Of a stretch of DNA of 64,000 nt, positions 1 to 12,927 are shown one piece after another. The position numbers and the translations under genes were made by a program. The notes beneath the pieces were generated by a model, which worked only from the letters and a program-made list of their open reading frames with translations, had not been told where the DNA came from and ran no database searches. Position 1 is the first letter of the stretch; every line of letters begins with the position of its first letter. Source of the DNA: Camelus dromedarius (taxonomy: Eukaryota); the NCBI RefSeq assembly GCF_036321535.1, contig NC_087437.1:10046001-10110000 (forward strand), in the 5' to 3' direction.

Positions 1-84
1 AAGAAATAGTTTTTTGGGGGGTGAAGAAATTAGCTTCCTGGTAGGAGTCACACATTACTACATATTGTATAATCCCAGTCTTGT

Positions 85-325
85 CAAAAATCTAGAACAA
101 GCAGATCTAAGCACAGAAAGGGGTTGCCAGGGGCTGGGGAGGAAATGAAGAGTGACGGCTGATGGGAACCAGGTTTCTTTTGCAGGTGATGAAAATGTTC
201 TAAAAGTAGCTTTTGGTGATGGTTGCGCAACTCTGCTAACATACTGAAAAACATTGAATTATACACTGAATATGTGAACTTTACGGTGGATAAATTGTAT
301 CTCAATAAAACTATTTTTTAAAACT
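85..325 (+). mobile_element. Old L1 (L1MB/L1MC-type) 3' end fragment
   Basis: ggttgccaggggctgggg...gatgaaaatgttctaaaa...tatctcaataaaact resembles the eutherian L1M 3' UTR terminus. Confidence 0.75.
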
Positions 326-681
326 AAGATCTCTTTCAGTACATAAATAAAACTTCAAATTAAAAGTCTTTTAATATTGCCATAATCATATTTTATGCCT
401 TTTTGGCTAACATCAATTGTTTAAAAAATAAAAAATGTGCAATGTCAATGGGAAAAACATTTGAAATACTAAAGCATGGAATCAAATGTAATTTTGGAAA
501 TGCGTGTGTTTAACCAAACATGCCCTTCTAATAGTTCTTATAACTTGTATATGGTATTCAAAAAATGATGATTTGTAATCTATACTATAAACTACATAAA
601 ATGCTTCTTCAGTTTCCAATTTTCTTATCATCATACAGAATTAATTGTGATTTTAAAATTTCAGAAAAGAAATTAGTAGAA

Positions 682-852
682 CTGCCTTGTCTAATACAGC
701 AACTACTTGGCATTTATATCTATATTTAAATTAATTAAAATTAAATAAAATTAAAAACAGTTCTTCAATCCCAAAGTTCTCAATAATCACATATGGCCAG
801 ATAATAGAGCATTTCCTCATGACAGAAAGTTCTGTTGGACAACACTGTTCTA
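682..852 (-). mobile_element. MER3-like hAT-Charlie DNA transposon
   Basis: cagaaagttctgttggacaacactg terminus and aattaaaattaaataaaatt core match the reverse complement of MER3 as recalled. Confidence 0.7.
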
Positions 853-1851
853 GAAATGCATTTACTGTCTTAGGTACATAAGATTATTCTGCTTTGGGAC
901 TCAGTTTTCTTTTTGTAATTCTTACTTTGTGAAGTACGTTCATTATTGTTATTTAGATTTTTACAACTACTTTATAAAACTCTCATCTGAATGCAGAAAA
1001 ACAATATTGCTGGTCATTACTCTCATAATCATTTGTTAGTGAGATTCTGAATTGATACTTAAGACAATCCCAGGTCCTGCCTAGTGACCATGACGTCATC
1101 TTAGTCTCTGAGATGATCGCTGGTCATGCCAGTCAAATAATTCCCACTCTAGTCATAATATTCAAGAGGAAACATCCCTCCCAGGGGCTTGGGAGTTGGC
1201 AAACAAGGGAGATGATTAGGGAGGAAAATAAAACCACAACAGAGAATTGGAAAGAAAAGAGCTGGGAAGAATAAAATAATCACTAGTTCTAACTATAACT
1301 TTAGGGCACCTCAGGAACTGGGACTCACGGTGCACTTTTTAAAAAGTGAAGGATGGATAGTCCATTGACTTCTGTTGAATACCAGAGGGACTTCCCAAAA
1401 TAACCAGTGCATTCGATCACACCTGTAAGATGTTTTGATCAATAACCAAGTCGCAAATTTTGAGTGTCATTCGTTCTCTGACTTCCCTAGCTGTTTCCGA
1501 TCACCTGTCCCCAGAGGCTGTTTAGTCCTTTGTCGGACACAGCGTGTCATGCTCATACACAGAAAGCCGGACCTCCTGAGTATTTCAAGGGTTGAAGGGA
1601 CTGGGGTTGGTTGAAGGGACTCTCTGCCCAGGTCTAAACTCTCATGTCTGCCTGTCTTTCATGACTCATGATGTTGAGACTACTCTAGGTTTTGTTTGGT
1701 TTTGTTTTATGATGTTACATTGGTCTTTTTTTTAAAGTCATAAATACAAAACAGAGTTTACCCTGTTATGAATACTATGTTCCTTATCCATGAGCTAATA
1801 TTTCAAAGCACTTAGAACAGTGATTGTCTTGCAGTGAGACTCCATTAAGAT

Positions 1852-1887
1852 GACAGATAGTTAGATAGACAGATAGATGGATAGATG

Positions 1888-1931
<44 letters not shown>
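1852..1931 (+). repeat. (GATA)n microsatellite
   Basis: Direct reading of agat repeats with a few variant units. Confidence 0.97.
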
Positions 1932-1934
<3 letters not shown>

Positions 1935-3357
1935 AAGGGAAGACATAAGTTCACTTTTTGTAAATAATGACTGTCAGCTGTAGGACACTGTGATCCTGTT
2001 TCAGTCATAGTTTTTCCACAGGCCCTCCTTTTTTCCCTTGCCCAAATAGGACAGAATCAAAAGTATTGAAGTTTCTTGAACACATGTATGTAGATACATT
2101 TGTTAGCAACGTTTTCCCTCCTTCCCAGCCAGTCAGGGCTAACATATCATCATCATTAGGATAACTAATATAAACCAGATCTCTCTAATGTCTGTCTTCT
2201 TAGGAAAACTCAGGATCAGTATGACCGGTAAAGTTACTGGATGAATCTATCCCATCATAGACATGATGATCCAATACATCTATTCAGCTGACAATGTTTA
2301 TCTCTTGGCAAAGAGTCTTAGGAGAAACTCTCAGTGATTCAAGATATTATCACTGAGGCTGCAAAAACCACCTCAAATGAAAATTTCCTGCAATAGGCTA
2401 TTTAGATCCAATTAGACTAAACATTACCAGCTACATCAGGGCATTAATAATGAAGCACTCCATAGATAACGTGAAGTTTTGAAGTCCCTGAAACCAATTG
2501 CCAGAATTCGGTTAGACAGCCCATCTTTGCCAAAAAGAAAGAGTGGCATTTGGATTATTTTGAATTTCTAGCTTCTTATAAAAATATGTGCCATTTCTTA
2601 CAAGGAGCATTATCAACTAAAATATAGTCAATAATATTTAGTAGGTAAACTCGATTATGTTCTAGGGATTTACCATGGATTTTACACATTGAGTCAAAAG
2701 TTTCTTTATATGTATTTAATTTCTGATTATTTTCAGTGCTCATTCAGGTAGTCATTTAGGGCACCTATGGATTCAGTCAACCAAGGAGAATCAAGTAAGT
2801 TGAGCGTGCAAGCTCGTAGATAATTTTTTGTGTGGCTGAGTCACAATAAACTTTCCTGGCTACAGTCCTCTGAATAGCTTTTTGTACATTTACCAGAGGG
2901 GAAGGCCAATGTATGGTTTAATTTGAAGCAGATGATACACTTTGAAGTAGCACATTAAGATCTTTGGGTTGACTCACAAACTGGCTGAAAATTAGAATTT
3001 AAGTGTGTTTATTATAACTGTAAAATAATGTGGTAATGATAAGCCAGTTTATCCATCCTTCTGTCCAGCTAAGTATAAAGAATGTAATCAGCATTTCTAA
3101 AGCCCTCTAAAGTTAAACTGAAATTGTAAATAGAAAAGCTAAGCAAAAAGACAGCCAAAGAACGGCTTTGAAATTCTGTTAGGTTTGGGAAGAAGTGAGC
3201 TAAGTTTTGCCAGATCCATATAAGTAAATCTTAGGGTAATTCTGTCCTGAGAGCTGAAGGCGGGGTTGGCTGGGGCGGTGAGGGGAGTTCAGTAGATAGA
3301 AGGGGTAAAGGAAATTTAGGAAACAGAAATAGGACGGCAGCCCTGGCAATTAAGACA

Positions 3358-3501
3358 GGCGATGACCATACTAAGTGAAGTCAGAGAAAGACGAACACCA
3401 TATGCTATCACTTATATGTGGAATCCGAAACAATGACGCAAAGGAACTTATTTACAAAACAGAAACAGACTCACAGACATAGAAAACAAACTTCTGGTTA
3501 T
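3358..3501 (+). mobile_element. Artiodactyl-type L1 fragment (ORF2 end/3' UTR)
   Basis: catactaagtgaagtcagagaaagac...cacttatatgtggaatc...acagaaacagactcacagacatagaaaacaaactt. Confidence 0.85.
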
Positions 3502-3621
3502 GAGTTTCATAGTGAACGCTCCACGTCACCACCCAAGCAGGCAAACACTCGTGAGTCCAGGTGAGCGATGGCAACATAAGGATGATGCATCCTTTATATT
3601 CTATACAGGCGTCACATTTAA

Positions 3622-3937
3622 ATTTTTTTTTCTTCCTATTTTATTGAGATATAATTGACCTACAGCCCTGTAGAAGTTTAAGATGCGCAGCATAATTGTT
3701 TGATGCACATACCTCATGAAATAATTACTACAATCAAGTTGGTGAACATCCATCATTTCACATAGATACAAAATTAAAGAAATAGAACAAAATGTTTTCC
3801 CTTGTGGTGAAGACTCAGGATCTTCTCTCAACAACTTTCATATATAACGTACAGCAGTGGTTATGGTATTTATCATGTTGTACGTTACATTCGTAGTACT
3901 CATTTATCTTACAACTAGAAGCTTGCACATTTCGACT
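3622..3937 (-). mobile_element. L1MA9-like 3' end
   Basis: T-rich tail then ttattgagatataattgac...catgttgtacgttacattc...cttacaactagaag. Confidence 0.75.
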
Positions 3938-4744
3938 TAAGATCCTAAAAGCTTACATTAAGGATTATCATCATATAGAAATTAATTTTATGAAAAAGTC
4001 TTTGCTATGTTAAGTTAAAAAAAGCAGATTATAAAACTATTTACGTATAACCCGGTATTTTATAATTGGGTGTTTATATTTCTTTAAAGAATCAGTATAT
4101 CAGAAAAGATTGGCAGACCATCTGTAAATATGCATGATCCTTTTATATAATGAATTAGAAGCCCTTTATGACCTGAAGAAAAAACATCAAATGTTATTTT
4201 CCTGTGGCCTGCCTTCACCCATTTAATTCTTAGCTCGTTAACAGATGGCTTTCTGGGAGAGACGGCACAGTTAAGAAGCTCTGACTCTTTCTTGGCTCTG
4301 AGACTAATATATTTCCCAGAAAGTCTGAGCATAAATACCCTACAAAGAACATCATTTTATGGGAGGAAAAGGTATGGATATTGATATGGGGACCTATATA
4401 GATACATACATACTCAAAAATTAATGTGACGGCTCTTTTTAACAGGTGATAGAAGCAGTGAGCAGGGCAGGAAAATGGAGGATTAGATTAAATTATTAAA
4501 GTAACTCCTTGATTTAATACATCCATTCATCACTGGCACATTCTAGAAATACATCTCCACTTTAAGACTCAGTCCTTTCAAGAGAATGATTGCTTATTGA
4601 TGGTTTGTTTTAATTTTGGGGGGGGGGGTTTAAATTAGGAATTATTCTAGAGATAGAGGAAAGCGCAGAGGGTAACAAAGCACAAAGCTCCCTATCTACC
4701 AGGTACACATATTTGACGAATGTTAATGTCAATTAACCAGGTTT

Positions 4745-5138
4745 TAAAAATAATCTTTTATTGAAGTATAGGATGCAAAAAGTCTGTTCATCAAAAACAT
4801 ACAGCTAAATGACATCCCATACAATGAACTATCCATGTAACCCCCACCGAGCTCAGGAATTTAAGTTCTGCCCATTCCAGAAGCACTCGCTGGGTACATC
4901 CTCGCGCACTCACCACTACATAACCCTTCGCCATGACAACCACTATCCTTCTGATACCATAGGATTTTGAGTGTTTTTAAGTTTTGTATGAAATGGAATC
5001 TTTTTTGTTCCTGGATTATTTTGCTAAAAATTGTGTGAGTAAAATTCATACAAGCTGTTGCCTGTAGGAACAGCGCAATTCATTTTCATTTTCGTAGAGG
5101 ATTCCATGTTGTAAATATAACAATTTTATTCATTGTGC
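4745..5138 (-). mobile_element. Old L1 (L1MC/L1ME-type) 3' region, host of younger insertions
   Basis: ttttattgaagtatag...catgtaacccccacc...aaatggaatc...attccatgttgtaaatataac; apparently continues at 5672-6010 and 7385-9620. Confidence 0.6.
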
Positions 5139-5671
5139 TTTTTTTTAATTTTATTTTTTATTGTAGTGTAGTTGATTTACAATGTTAGTTTCAGGTGTAC
5201 AGCAAAGTGATTCAGTTATACATATACATATGTACACATTTTCAGATTCTTTTTCATTATATGTTATTTCAAGGAATTGAACATAGTTCCCTGTGCTATA
5301 CAGTAGGTCCTTGTTGTTTATCTGTTTTATATATAGTAGCATGTATCTATTAATCCTAGACTTTTAATTTATTCCTTCCCTGACCTTTCCCTTTGGCAAT
5401 CATAGTTTGCTTTCTATGCCTCTGAGTCTCTTTTTGATTTGTAAATAAAATTTGTATAATTTTTCAGATCCCACATATAAATGATATCCTTTGATATTTG
5501 TCTTTCTCTGTCTGACTTACTTCACTTAGTATGATCATCTCTAGGTCCATCCATGTTGCTGCAAATGGCATGATTTCATTCTATTTTATGGCTGAGTAGT
5601 ACTTCCTTGTGTATCCCACTCCAGGGCATACATCTGGAGAAAACTCTAATTTGAAAAGACGCATGCATCCA
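5139..5671 (-). mobile_element. Artiodactyl-type L1 3' fragment with 5' inversion
   Basis: 5139-5612 is an antisense L1 3' end (ccctgtgctatacagtaggtccttgttg); 5613-5671 is sense L1 ORF2-end sequence (atcccactccagggcatacatctggagaaaactctaatt). Confidence 0.85.
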
Positions 5672-6012
5672 GAATAGTAATACCAGTTTTTATGCCAAGT
5701 AATGTATGAGAATTCCAGTTATATGTCAATATGTCTTGTTAATATGTAGTACTGTGAATTTTTAAAATTGTTCTGGCAAGTGTTTCAGTATTTTGTTTGG
5801 CTTTAATTGAACATATTATATTTGTTGGTTGTTTGGATATACCCTTGTGAAGTGTTTCTTCATCTCTCTCGCCTATTATTTACATGTTCTGGATACAAGT
5901 ACACTGTGAGTTTTATGTATCTAGGATATATTCTCTCTATTGCTTGCGTTTGTATCCTCTTAAAGACACTAGAGACATTTCTTTTTATTTTCAAGGACAA
6001 ATTACATATTAG

Positions 6013-6344
6013 TTTTTTTGTATGTATATATTTTTATTGGAGTGTAGTCAGTTTACAATATTCTGTTAATTTCTGGTGTACAGCATAATGCTTCAGGCAT
6101 ACATGAACATACAAATATTCTTTTTCGTATTCTTCTTCACCATAAGTTATTACAAGATATTGAATGTAGTTCCCTGTGCTAGACAGTAGAAACTTCTTGT
6201 TTATCTATTACATATATATTAGTTAGCATCTGCAAATCTCGAAATCCCAGTTTATCCTTTCCCACCCCCATCCCCCTACCGGTAACCATAAGTTTGTTTT
6301 CTATGCCTGTGAGTCTGTTTCTGTTTTGTAAATAAGTTCATTTG

Positions 6345-6378
<34 letters not shown>

Positions 6379-6532
6379 TTCCACATATAGGTGATATCAC
6401 ATGGTATTTTTCTTTCTCTTTCTGGCTTACTTCACTTAGAATGACAATCTCCAGGTCCATCCATGTCACTGCAAATGGCATTATTTTATTATTTTTATGG
6501 CTGAGTAATATCCCATTGTATAAATATACCAC
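6013..6532 (-). mobile_element. Camelid/artiodactyl L1 3' end
   Basis: ttattggagtgtagtcagtttacaat...gattccacatataggtgatatc...ggctgagtaatatcccattgtataaatataccaca. Confidence 0.9.
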
Positions 6533-6704
6533 AAGGTTATAGCTCAAGTGGTAGAGTGTATAGTTAGCATGCACAAGGTCCTGGGTTCAATCCCCAGTAC
6601 CTCCTCTAAAAAAAAAAAAAAAAAATGAACCTAATTACCCCTCCTGCCAAAATAAAATAATTAAATGATAAAATTATAGATAAATACAATTTAAAAAAAA
6701 CAAA
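6533..6704 (+). mobile_element. tRNA-Ala-derived SINE (vic-1-like)
   Basis: A box tagctcaagtgg, ttagcat anticodon-loop remnant, B box ggttcaatccc, internal A-run, cctaattacccc segment, A-rich tail. Confidence 0.9.
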
Positions 6705-6825
6705 CAGAGCAGGCAGGCAGCCCTGCAGAAAGCCTGCCTTGGGGTTGATGTGGGTCCTGATGGGGGAGGATCTCTTGACATGGGGGTGGTTTGTGGGGCA
6801 CAAGGAATGCCCCCAGGTACTCCCT

Positions 6826-7378
6826 TATTTTTTAATTGAAATACAGTCAATTTACAATATTGTGTTAGTTTCAAGTGTACAGCAAAGAGATTTAGTTATA
6901 CATATTTTTCAGATTATATTCCATTATAGGTTATTACAGAATATTGAATATAGTTCCCTGTGTTATACAGCAAATCTTTGTTGCTTCTCTGTTTTATGTA
7001 TAGAGGTTTGTGTCTGTGAATCCCATATTTCTAATTTGTCCCTCCCTCTCTGCCTGTCCCCTTCAGTTTGTTTTCTGTCTGCAGGTCTGTTTCTGTTTTG
7101 TTTGTAGATTCATTTGTATTATTTTTAGATTCCACACTTAGATTTAGATAAGTGATGCCATATAGTATTTGCCTTTATCTGTCTGACTTACTCCACTAAG
7201 TAGAATAATCCCCGGGTCCATTCTTGTTGTTGCAAATGGCAATGCTTCATTCTTTTTGTGGCTGAGTGACATTCCACCACATACACAGATCACATTTTAA
7301 GCCAGTCACCTGTTGGTGGACACCTGGGTTGTTTCCATGTCTTGGTTATTACAAATAGTGCTGCTAGGAACATTGCAG
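6826..7378 (-). mobile_element. Artiodactyl-type L1 3' end
   Basis: ttttttaattgaaatacagtcaatttacaat...gttgtttccatgtcttggttattacaaatagtgctgct. Confidence 0.9.
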
Positions 7379-7384
7379 TGTAGA

Positions 7385-9620
7385 GTCTTAATTTTAATTG
7401 TAATATTTAAACATAGTTCAGCTTACCTGTTTTGCCTTTCATTACTAGTAGTTTTGATGTCAGGTTTGAGAAAACTTTTCCTACCGCAAGGTTTTTTTTT
7501 TTTCCTCTTCTCAAAAGCATCTTTGTGCAGTCTTTCTCATTTAAGTTCATAGCACACTTGACACAGATACCTGTGAGTGATGTTATAAGTCTGTATCCAG
7601 ATTTTTGTGGCTGTGACATTGACCCTATTGTGGAAACAGTTCTTTTCCTTCTGTTCCAAAGTGCCACTTTTCTGTAAATAAATTGCCCATCATTGTGAAA
7701 GTCTGCTTCTGGATCTTCTAATCCCTTCCATTGTTCTTTTTATCTATATCTGTGCGAATAAGATAGTCTTAATTACTATAGTGTTGTGAAAAGACTTGAT
7801 GGCCTGTAGAGGAAATAAAAACACTTTGTTCTTTTCCTTTAAGGTTATCTTGGGTATTTCAGCCCTTTGAATTTCCCAACAAATGCTAGAATCAAATTTT
7901 TACATTCCAAAAAAATCCTGAAATTTTGATTGAGATGGCATTTTATCTTCAGATACTTTCGTAGAAGAATGGGTGTCTTCACAATATATGTTGAGTCTTC
8001 CAAATCATGAATAAGGTATATTCCTCAATTTGCTTAACTTGTTGATTTTTTTTCTCAATTATATTCTTATAGTTTGTGTAGACTTCTTAACGTGCTTTAT
8101 TAGATTCATTTTTTCGGTATTTGATGTTTTAATATTATATTTTAAAAATTTAATCTTCCAGTTCCTTGTTGCCACTATGTAGAAATATTATTGAGTTTTT
8201 AAATGTTTATATTGTATCCAGATGCCTTCCTAAATTCGCTTAATAATTATAACATTTTGTCTGTAGATTCTTTTGGATTCTCTAGACACGATTATATTTT
8301 CTACAATACAAACAATATCATTTCCCATTCTAATTCTTGCAATTTTTAAATGTTTGGTAGCAGAGTATGCTAAACAGGAACCCAGAAAAACATTCAATAA
8401 AAATTATATCAAGTATTTCCGTCTTACTCCTAGTATCAGGGGAGAAAGCTTTAAAATTTTGCTCTTAGGTATGATAGCTACTCTAAAAGCTTAGCCATAT
8501 CATTTATTAGATTTAGAATGTATCATTCTTGTCTGAGGATTTTTAGCAATCAGTGGGCACTGAATCTTATCAAGAGCTTTTTCTACATTTATTGAAATGT
8601 CATAGAGCTTGTCTTCTTTTTCTGTACATGTGGTGAATTACATTGACTGATTTTCAAATAAACCACTGTCATACTCTTAGTATAAACCAAATTCTTCATG
8701 ATATAGTTGCCTTTTTATGTAACATGACATTTGTATTGCTAATATTTTTGTTTAGAAATTTTGCATCTATGTATATGAGAACAATTGGCTGTAATGTTCC
8801 TTTCGTGAAATTTCCTCAACAGTCTTTGGCTAGCCTCAAAAAAAATGGGTGAGGAAGTGACTTCTTATCTTCTACTCTCTGGAAGAGTTTTGATATTTCT
8901 TCCTTAAATTCACTAGTGAAGCCATCTAGTCCTGGAATTAGTTTATTTAGTTTGTGTGTGTGTGTGTGTAAAGGTTTTTAATAAAATTTTTGAATTGCTG
9001 TGGGACAATTCAGACTTTCAGATTCTTCTTGTGTTACTGACTTCTGTTTTTAGATGTGTTTATATATCGTGTCACTTATTTCCAAAGGTATATCAATGTA
9101 TTTCTAATATCATTTATTTGTGCCTTCTTTCTTCATTAGTTTTGACAAGTCTTACCAAATTTACTAGTTTTTGAAAAAAGTGAATTTGGGTTTCTTAGAT
9201 TTTATTGTGTTTTCTGTTTCATTAACTTCTGGGCATCCCTTTATTCTTTCTTTTTTTGGGTTTAAATGGCTGTACTTTTGCTTATTTCTTGAGCTGGATC
9301 TTAGAACACTGGTGTTCAGTATGTCTTTTCTAATATATACATTTATGGTTTATTTGTATCTCACAAGTTCTTATGTCACATATTATTATAATTTGTTTCT
9401 AAATGTTTTCTAATTTCCATGTCTGTCTTCCTCTTTGACCTATGGGTTTTTTAGAAATTCATTATTCACTATTTGGAAAATTTCCAGTGTCATTTTGGCT
9501 TTGATTTTTAGCTCATTTTCATAATTGTCAGAGAATATAGTCTGTATGCTATAATTTTTTAAAAAATTTGTTGTGACTTGCTCTCTGGCCAACCCATAGT
9601 CAATGTTTGTAAATGTTCAA
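7385..9620 (-). mobile_element. Highly decayed old L1 ORF2 region
   Basis: Scattered antisense L1 ORF2 motifs (gaaattttgattgagatggcatt, tttgcatctatgtatatgagaac, cactagtgaagccatctagtcctgga); no open frame. Confidence 0.7.
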
Positions 9621-10093
9621 ATAATCACATTTTTCTTTCATTCTTCCCAAAGAGTATTTGTGTATTGCTGAAGAAATGTACAAATAAGTTTTTAAAATAT
9701 TTTGATTTACTACAAGGGTTTTAAAGTAAATAAAATGCAAAAAGGAGAGCATTTGGACTTATGAGAGCTCTGGGCTTCACAATAAATTCATATTGTAGAT
9801 GAATAAAAATGTGACATAAATAGAAAAACACTGAGAGTTGAACCTCATGGAACATCTATCATTTACTCACAGTAGCACTAACCCATTTATGGGACTGTCT
9901 GCCAGAGAACAAGAGGAGAATGAGCAGTAATGATGGGTCCCTCTGCTGTCTTTCAACAATCATCACCATAACGCTCAAAGCTGGATCCATTGACAGATGG
10001 CTGATGTGCTGAGATAGCTGAGCGGTCATTTTGGATCAATGATTTGCAACTTAACCTACGGAGAAGCCCTTTCTGTAAGGCACAGCAGCTGTA

Positions 10094-10419
10094 TGACTGA
10101 GACCCCAAAATTGCGAGGCCCACCTTGCCTGCTGGCTGGAAAGAATTCACAACGGAGGCAGAGGGACAGAGTGAAAACTGCTTTTATTTCTCAAAACGCG
10201 AAAAGGAAGGAAAGAGCTTGGGCAGGAGAAGGAAAGAAAAGCCCTGGAGTGAGGAAGAGACACTGGGGTGGGGCTGGCGGGGGGTCGGGGGGGGGATCTG
10301 TCACCCAGGATGGGCATGGAGACAGTTCCCCCGGGCGGGGACACGCGGACATTTATGGGAGGCCTCTGCCATCATGTTTGCCTTCCAGGTGCGATGGAGC
10401 CAATCAGCCCTTGTAGTCA
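10094..10419 (-). mobile_element. Putative solo LTR, family not recognised
   Basis: TGACT...AGTCA inverted termini, minus-strand AATAAAA (about 10182-10188), CCAAT and GC-box motifs, elevated GC/CpG; flanks ctgta/aagta match only partly. Confidence 0.5.
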
Positions 10420-11045
10420 AAGTATAAAATTTGCAAAGATTGATGTTTGTATGAATTAGCACTGATTCAAGATTAATCTGGGAGTAATATCGCTCTCACA
10501 CTCCCTCATCTTAAACGTGCTTTCTCAACTGGCAGGGAAAGGGCAGAGTTACAGCAATGACCAGCAACCACCACTACAACTGCTCAGAATCGCACGCGGT
10601 CTTATCCATCCAACCACCGCAGGGACAGACATCTACAGGTGTGCTTTACGTAGGATGTTTGCAAATGATCACTCTGCCTTTTAGCTGTGACTTTATATTT
10701 ATTCCTGAATTGACTTTCATTTCTTCCATGGATAAATAGTTAATAAGGAGGAAGGCAGAAATAAACAGAGGTGGAGTGATTAGAGCCGGTTTAGTCACCA
10801 TGCCTTTCAGGAAGAATAATGCTGGAATATCTCTAAAGAGACGAAACAATTTTATACGTCAAATCAAATTCCCACCTGAAGGAGCTCAGGGGCAGAAGGA
10901 GAATCCTGTTTTAACTTGTGTAATAAATAGCAGTGCCTGGAGTTATCAGGACCTTTTAAATAAGGCCAAGTATGTGTTCCCATCTCCCTGCACTGAATTT
11001 CATTGTACTTACCAGTTAATCTAATGCTTATAAACGATATTCAAA

Positions 11046-11151
11046 GGGGAGGGTATAGCTTAGTGGTAGAGTGTGTACTTGGCATGCATGAGATCCTGGG
11101 TTCAATCCCCAGTACCTCCATTAAAAAAAAACAAACAATCAAACAAAAAAA
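11046..11151 (+). mobile_element. tRNA-Ala-derived SINE (vic-1-like, short form)
   Basis: ggggagggtatagcttagtggtagag...gggttcaatccccagtacctcc plus A-tail; degenerate TSD taaacgatattcaa / taaataatatttaa. Confidence 0.92.
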
Positions 11152-11164
11152 CTTTAAATAATAT

Positions 11165-11316
11165 TTAAGATCTAGCTCCACCATTAACCAGCATCACAAA
11201 CTTCAGAAGGTCCAGAATCTCACTAAGCCTCCATTTCCTCATTCATAAAGTGAGATGTGTAGGCGGGGGGTCATCTCTCAGACCCCTTCTAAATTTAAAA
11301 TCAGACAATTCTATAA
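11165..11316 (+). mobile_element. MIR/MIR3 fragment
   Basis: ctaagcctccatttcctcattcataaagtg core and ccccttctaaatttaaaatc end. Confidence 0.6.
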
Positions 11317-11869
11317 GCCTTGTGTTCGTTACCGCCTGTGACTTGCTGTTTCCTGAAGTACAGTTTCAATAACAGCCACCAAGTAAATAGCCACCCAGAC
11401 ACTTTCTGCTTTAATCACCCCTTTCGCCAGACGTTACCCCAAGGGGCTCTGAGCACCTCAGTGGAGCAAAAGACACAAGGGAGTCTGCCAGACAGCTCTC
11501 TTCTAGCTGCCTCCTGCTAAAATGCCTAATCATATCTGCCACGTGCCAGCAGCCATCCAGCCCCAGGCACAGAACACAGGCTAGCAGCAGAGCACTCCCC
11601 GGTGATGTCTGTGTTCCACAGGGCTGGGAGCAGGAGGCTCATCTTATTACAGGACCTTCTGGGAACTAAACTGAAGCAGACTCCCGCGTATTGTTTTAAA
11701 GGCAGCAATAGTTCTTTACAGCCAACTAGACTTGATCCAGGAAATACAAGTATATTGATTTAATTGTTTAAAATTAAGTACATCCAAGGAAAGCTCTTAA
11801 CTATCTATGATACATAAGAACCCCCCACCCCCCAAAAAAGTGCAATTGGTCCATAAGTCTTTGGTTCCG

Positions 11870-12612
11870 TGGATAGGCAGTCTACAGAAGATGTCTGAAT
11901 GACCAAGATACTCAACTTCATGGATGCCCAGGGAGATGCAAATTGAATGCACACTACGATGCCACCACAAAATCTTTTTAAAATGGCTGAAATTAAACAG
12001 ATTGGCAATGCAAGTCTTAGGGAGGTTGTAGGTCACTGGAACTCTCATACGCTGCTGGTGGGAGCAGAAGTTGGAACCATCACTGTGGAAAACAGGTTTG
12101 GCAGTTTCTATCAGTTTAAACATTTGCTTCCCTGATGACTCAGCAATTCTGATCCTAGGTATATATTCAGGAGAAATGAGAGAATATGTCCACAAAAGTA
12201 TTTGTAAAAGAAGATGATAGTGGATTTTTTTCTCACAATATCCAAGAGCTGTAAACAGCTCAAATATCTAATTGGAGGAGAAAGAAATGAAATACTAATA
12301 CCTGGATGAACCCAAAAATATTGTGTGTAGAAAAAGAAGTCAGACCCAAACGACACAGTGTATGATTCTTCTTATTTGACATTCAAGAGCAGACACAACT
12401 GATTCATGGTTATAAAAGTCTGAACAGTGATCACCCCTGGGTAGCATGGAGGACAGTGGCAAGAGGCATGAGGGATCTTTTCAAGCTCTTAAAAACGTTC
12501 TGTATCTTGACCTGGGCGGTTATTCCACAGGCACATACCTATGTAAATATCCACTCAGCTGTATGCTTCAGAGCTGCACAATTTCTTCTCTGTAAGTTAT
12601 ACCTCCACTTTT
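11870..12612 (+). mobile_element. Old L1 (L1MB-L1ME) ORF2 end and 3' UTR
   Basis: gggagatgcaaattgaa...ggaactctcatacgctgctggtggg...cagcaattctgatcctaggtatat...tgtaagttatacctc. Confidence 0.8.
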
Positions 12613-12927
12613 AAAATTGAAGGATAGTCGATTTACAACGTTGTGTTAATTTCTGGTGTACAGCCTGTGATTCATTTATACATGTATATATATTCCTTTT
12701 CATATTCTTTTTCGTTTTAGGCCATTACAAGGTATTGAATATAATTCCCTGTGCTATACAGTAGGACCTTGTTGTTTATTTTGTTTATAGTAATTAGTAT
12801 CTGCAAATCTTGAAATCCCAATTTATCCCTCCCCACTTACTTCCTCCGAACCCCGCCCCCAGGAAATCATAAGTTTGTTTTCTATGTCAGAGAGTCTGTC
12901 TCTGTTTTGTAAAAAAGTCCATTTGTA
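12608..12927 (-). mobile_element. Artiodactyl-type L1 3' end, tail-to-tail with the preceding L1
   Basis: aattgaaggatagtcgatttacaacg...ccctgtgctatacagtaggaccttgttg. Confidence 0.88.

Noticed and set aside
1090..1099. CRE palindrome ATGACGTCAT
   Set aside because: An isolated motif with no supporting context.
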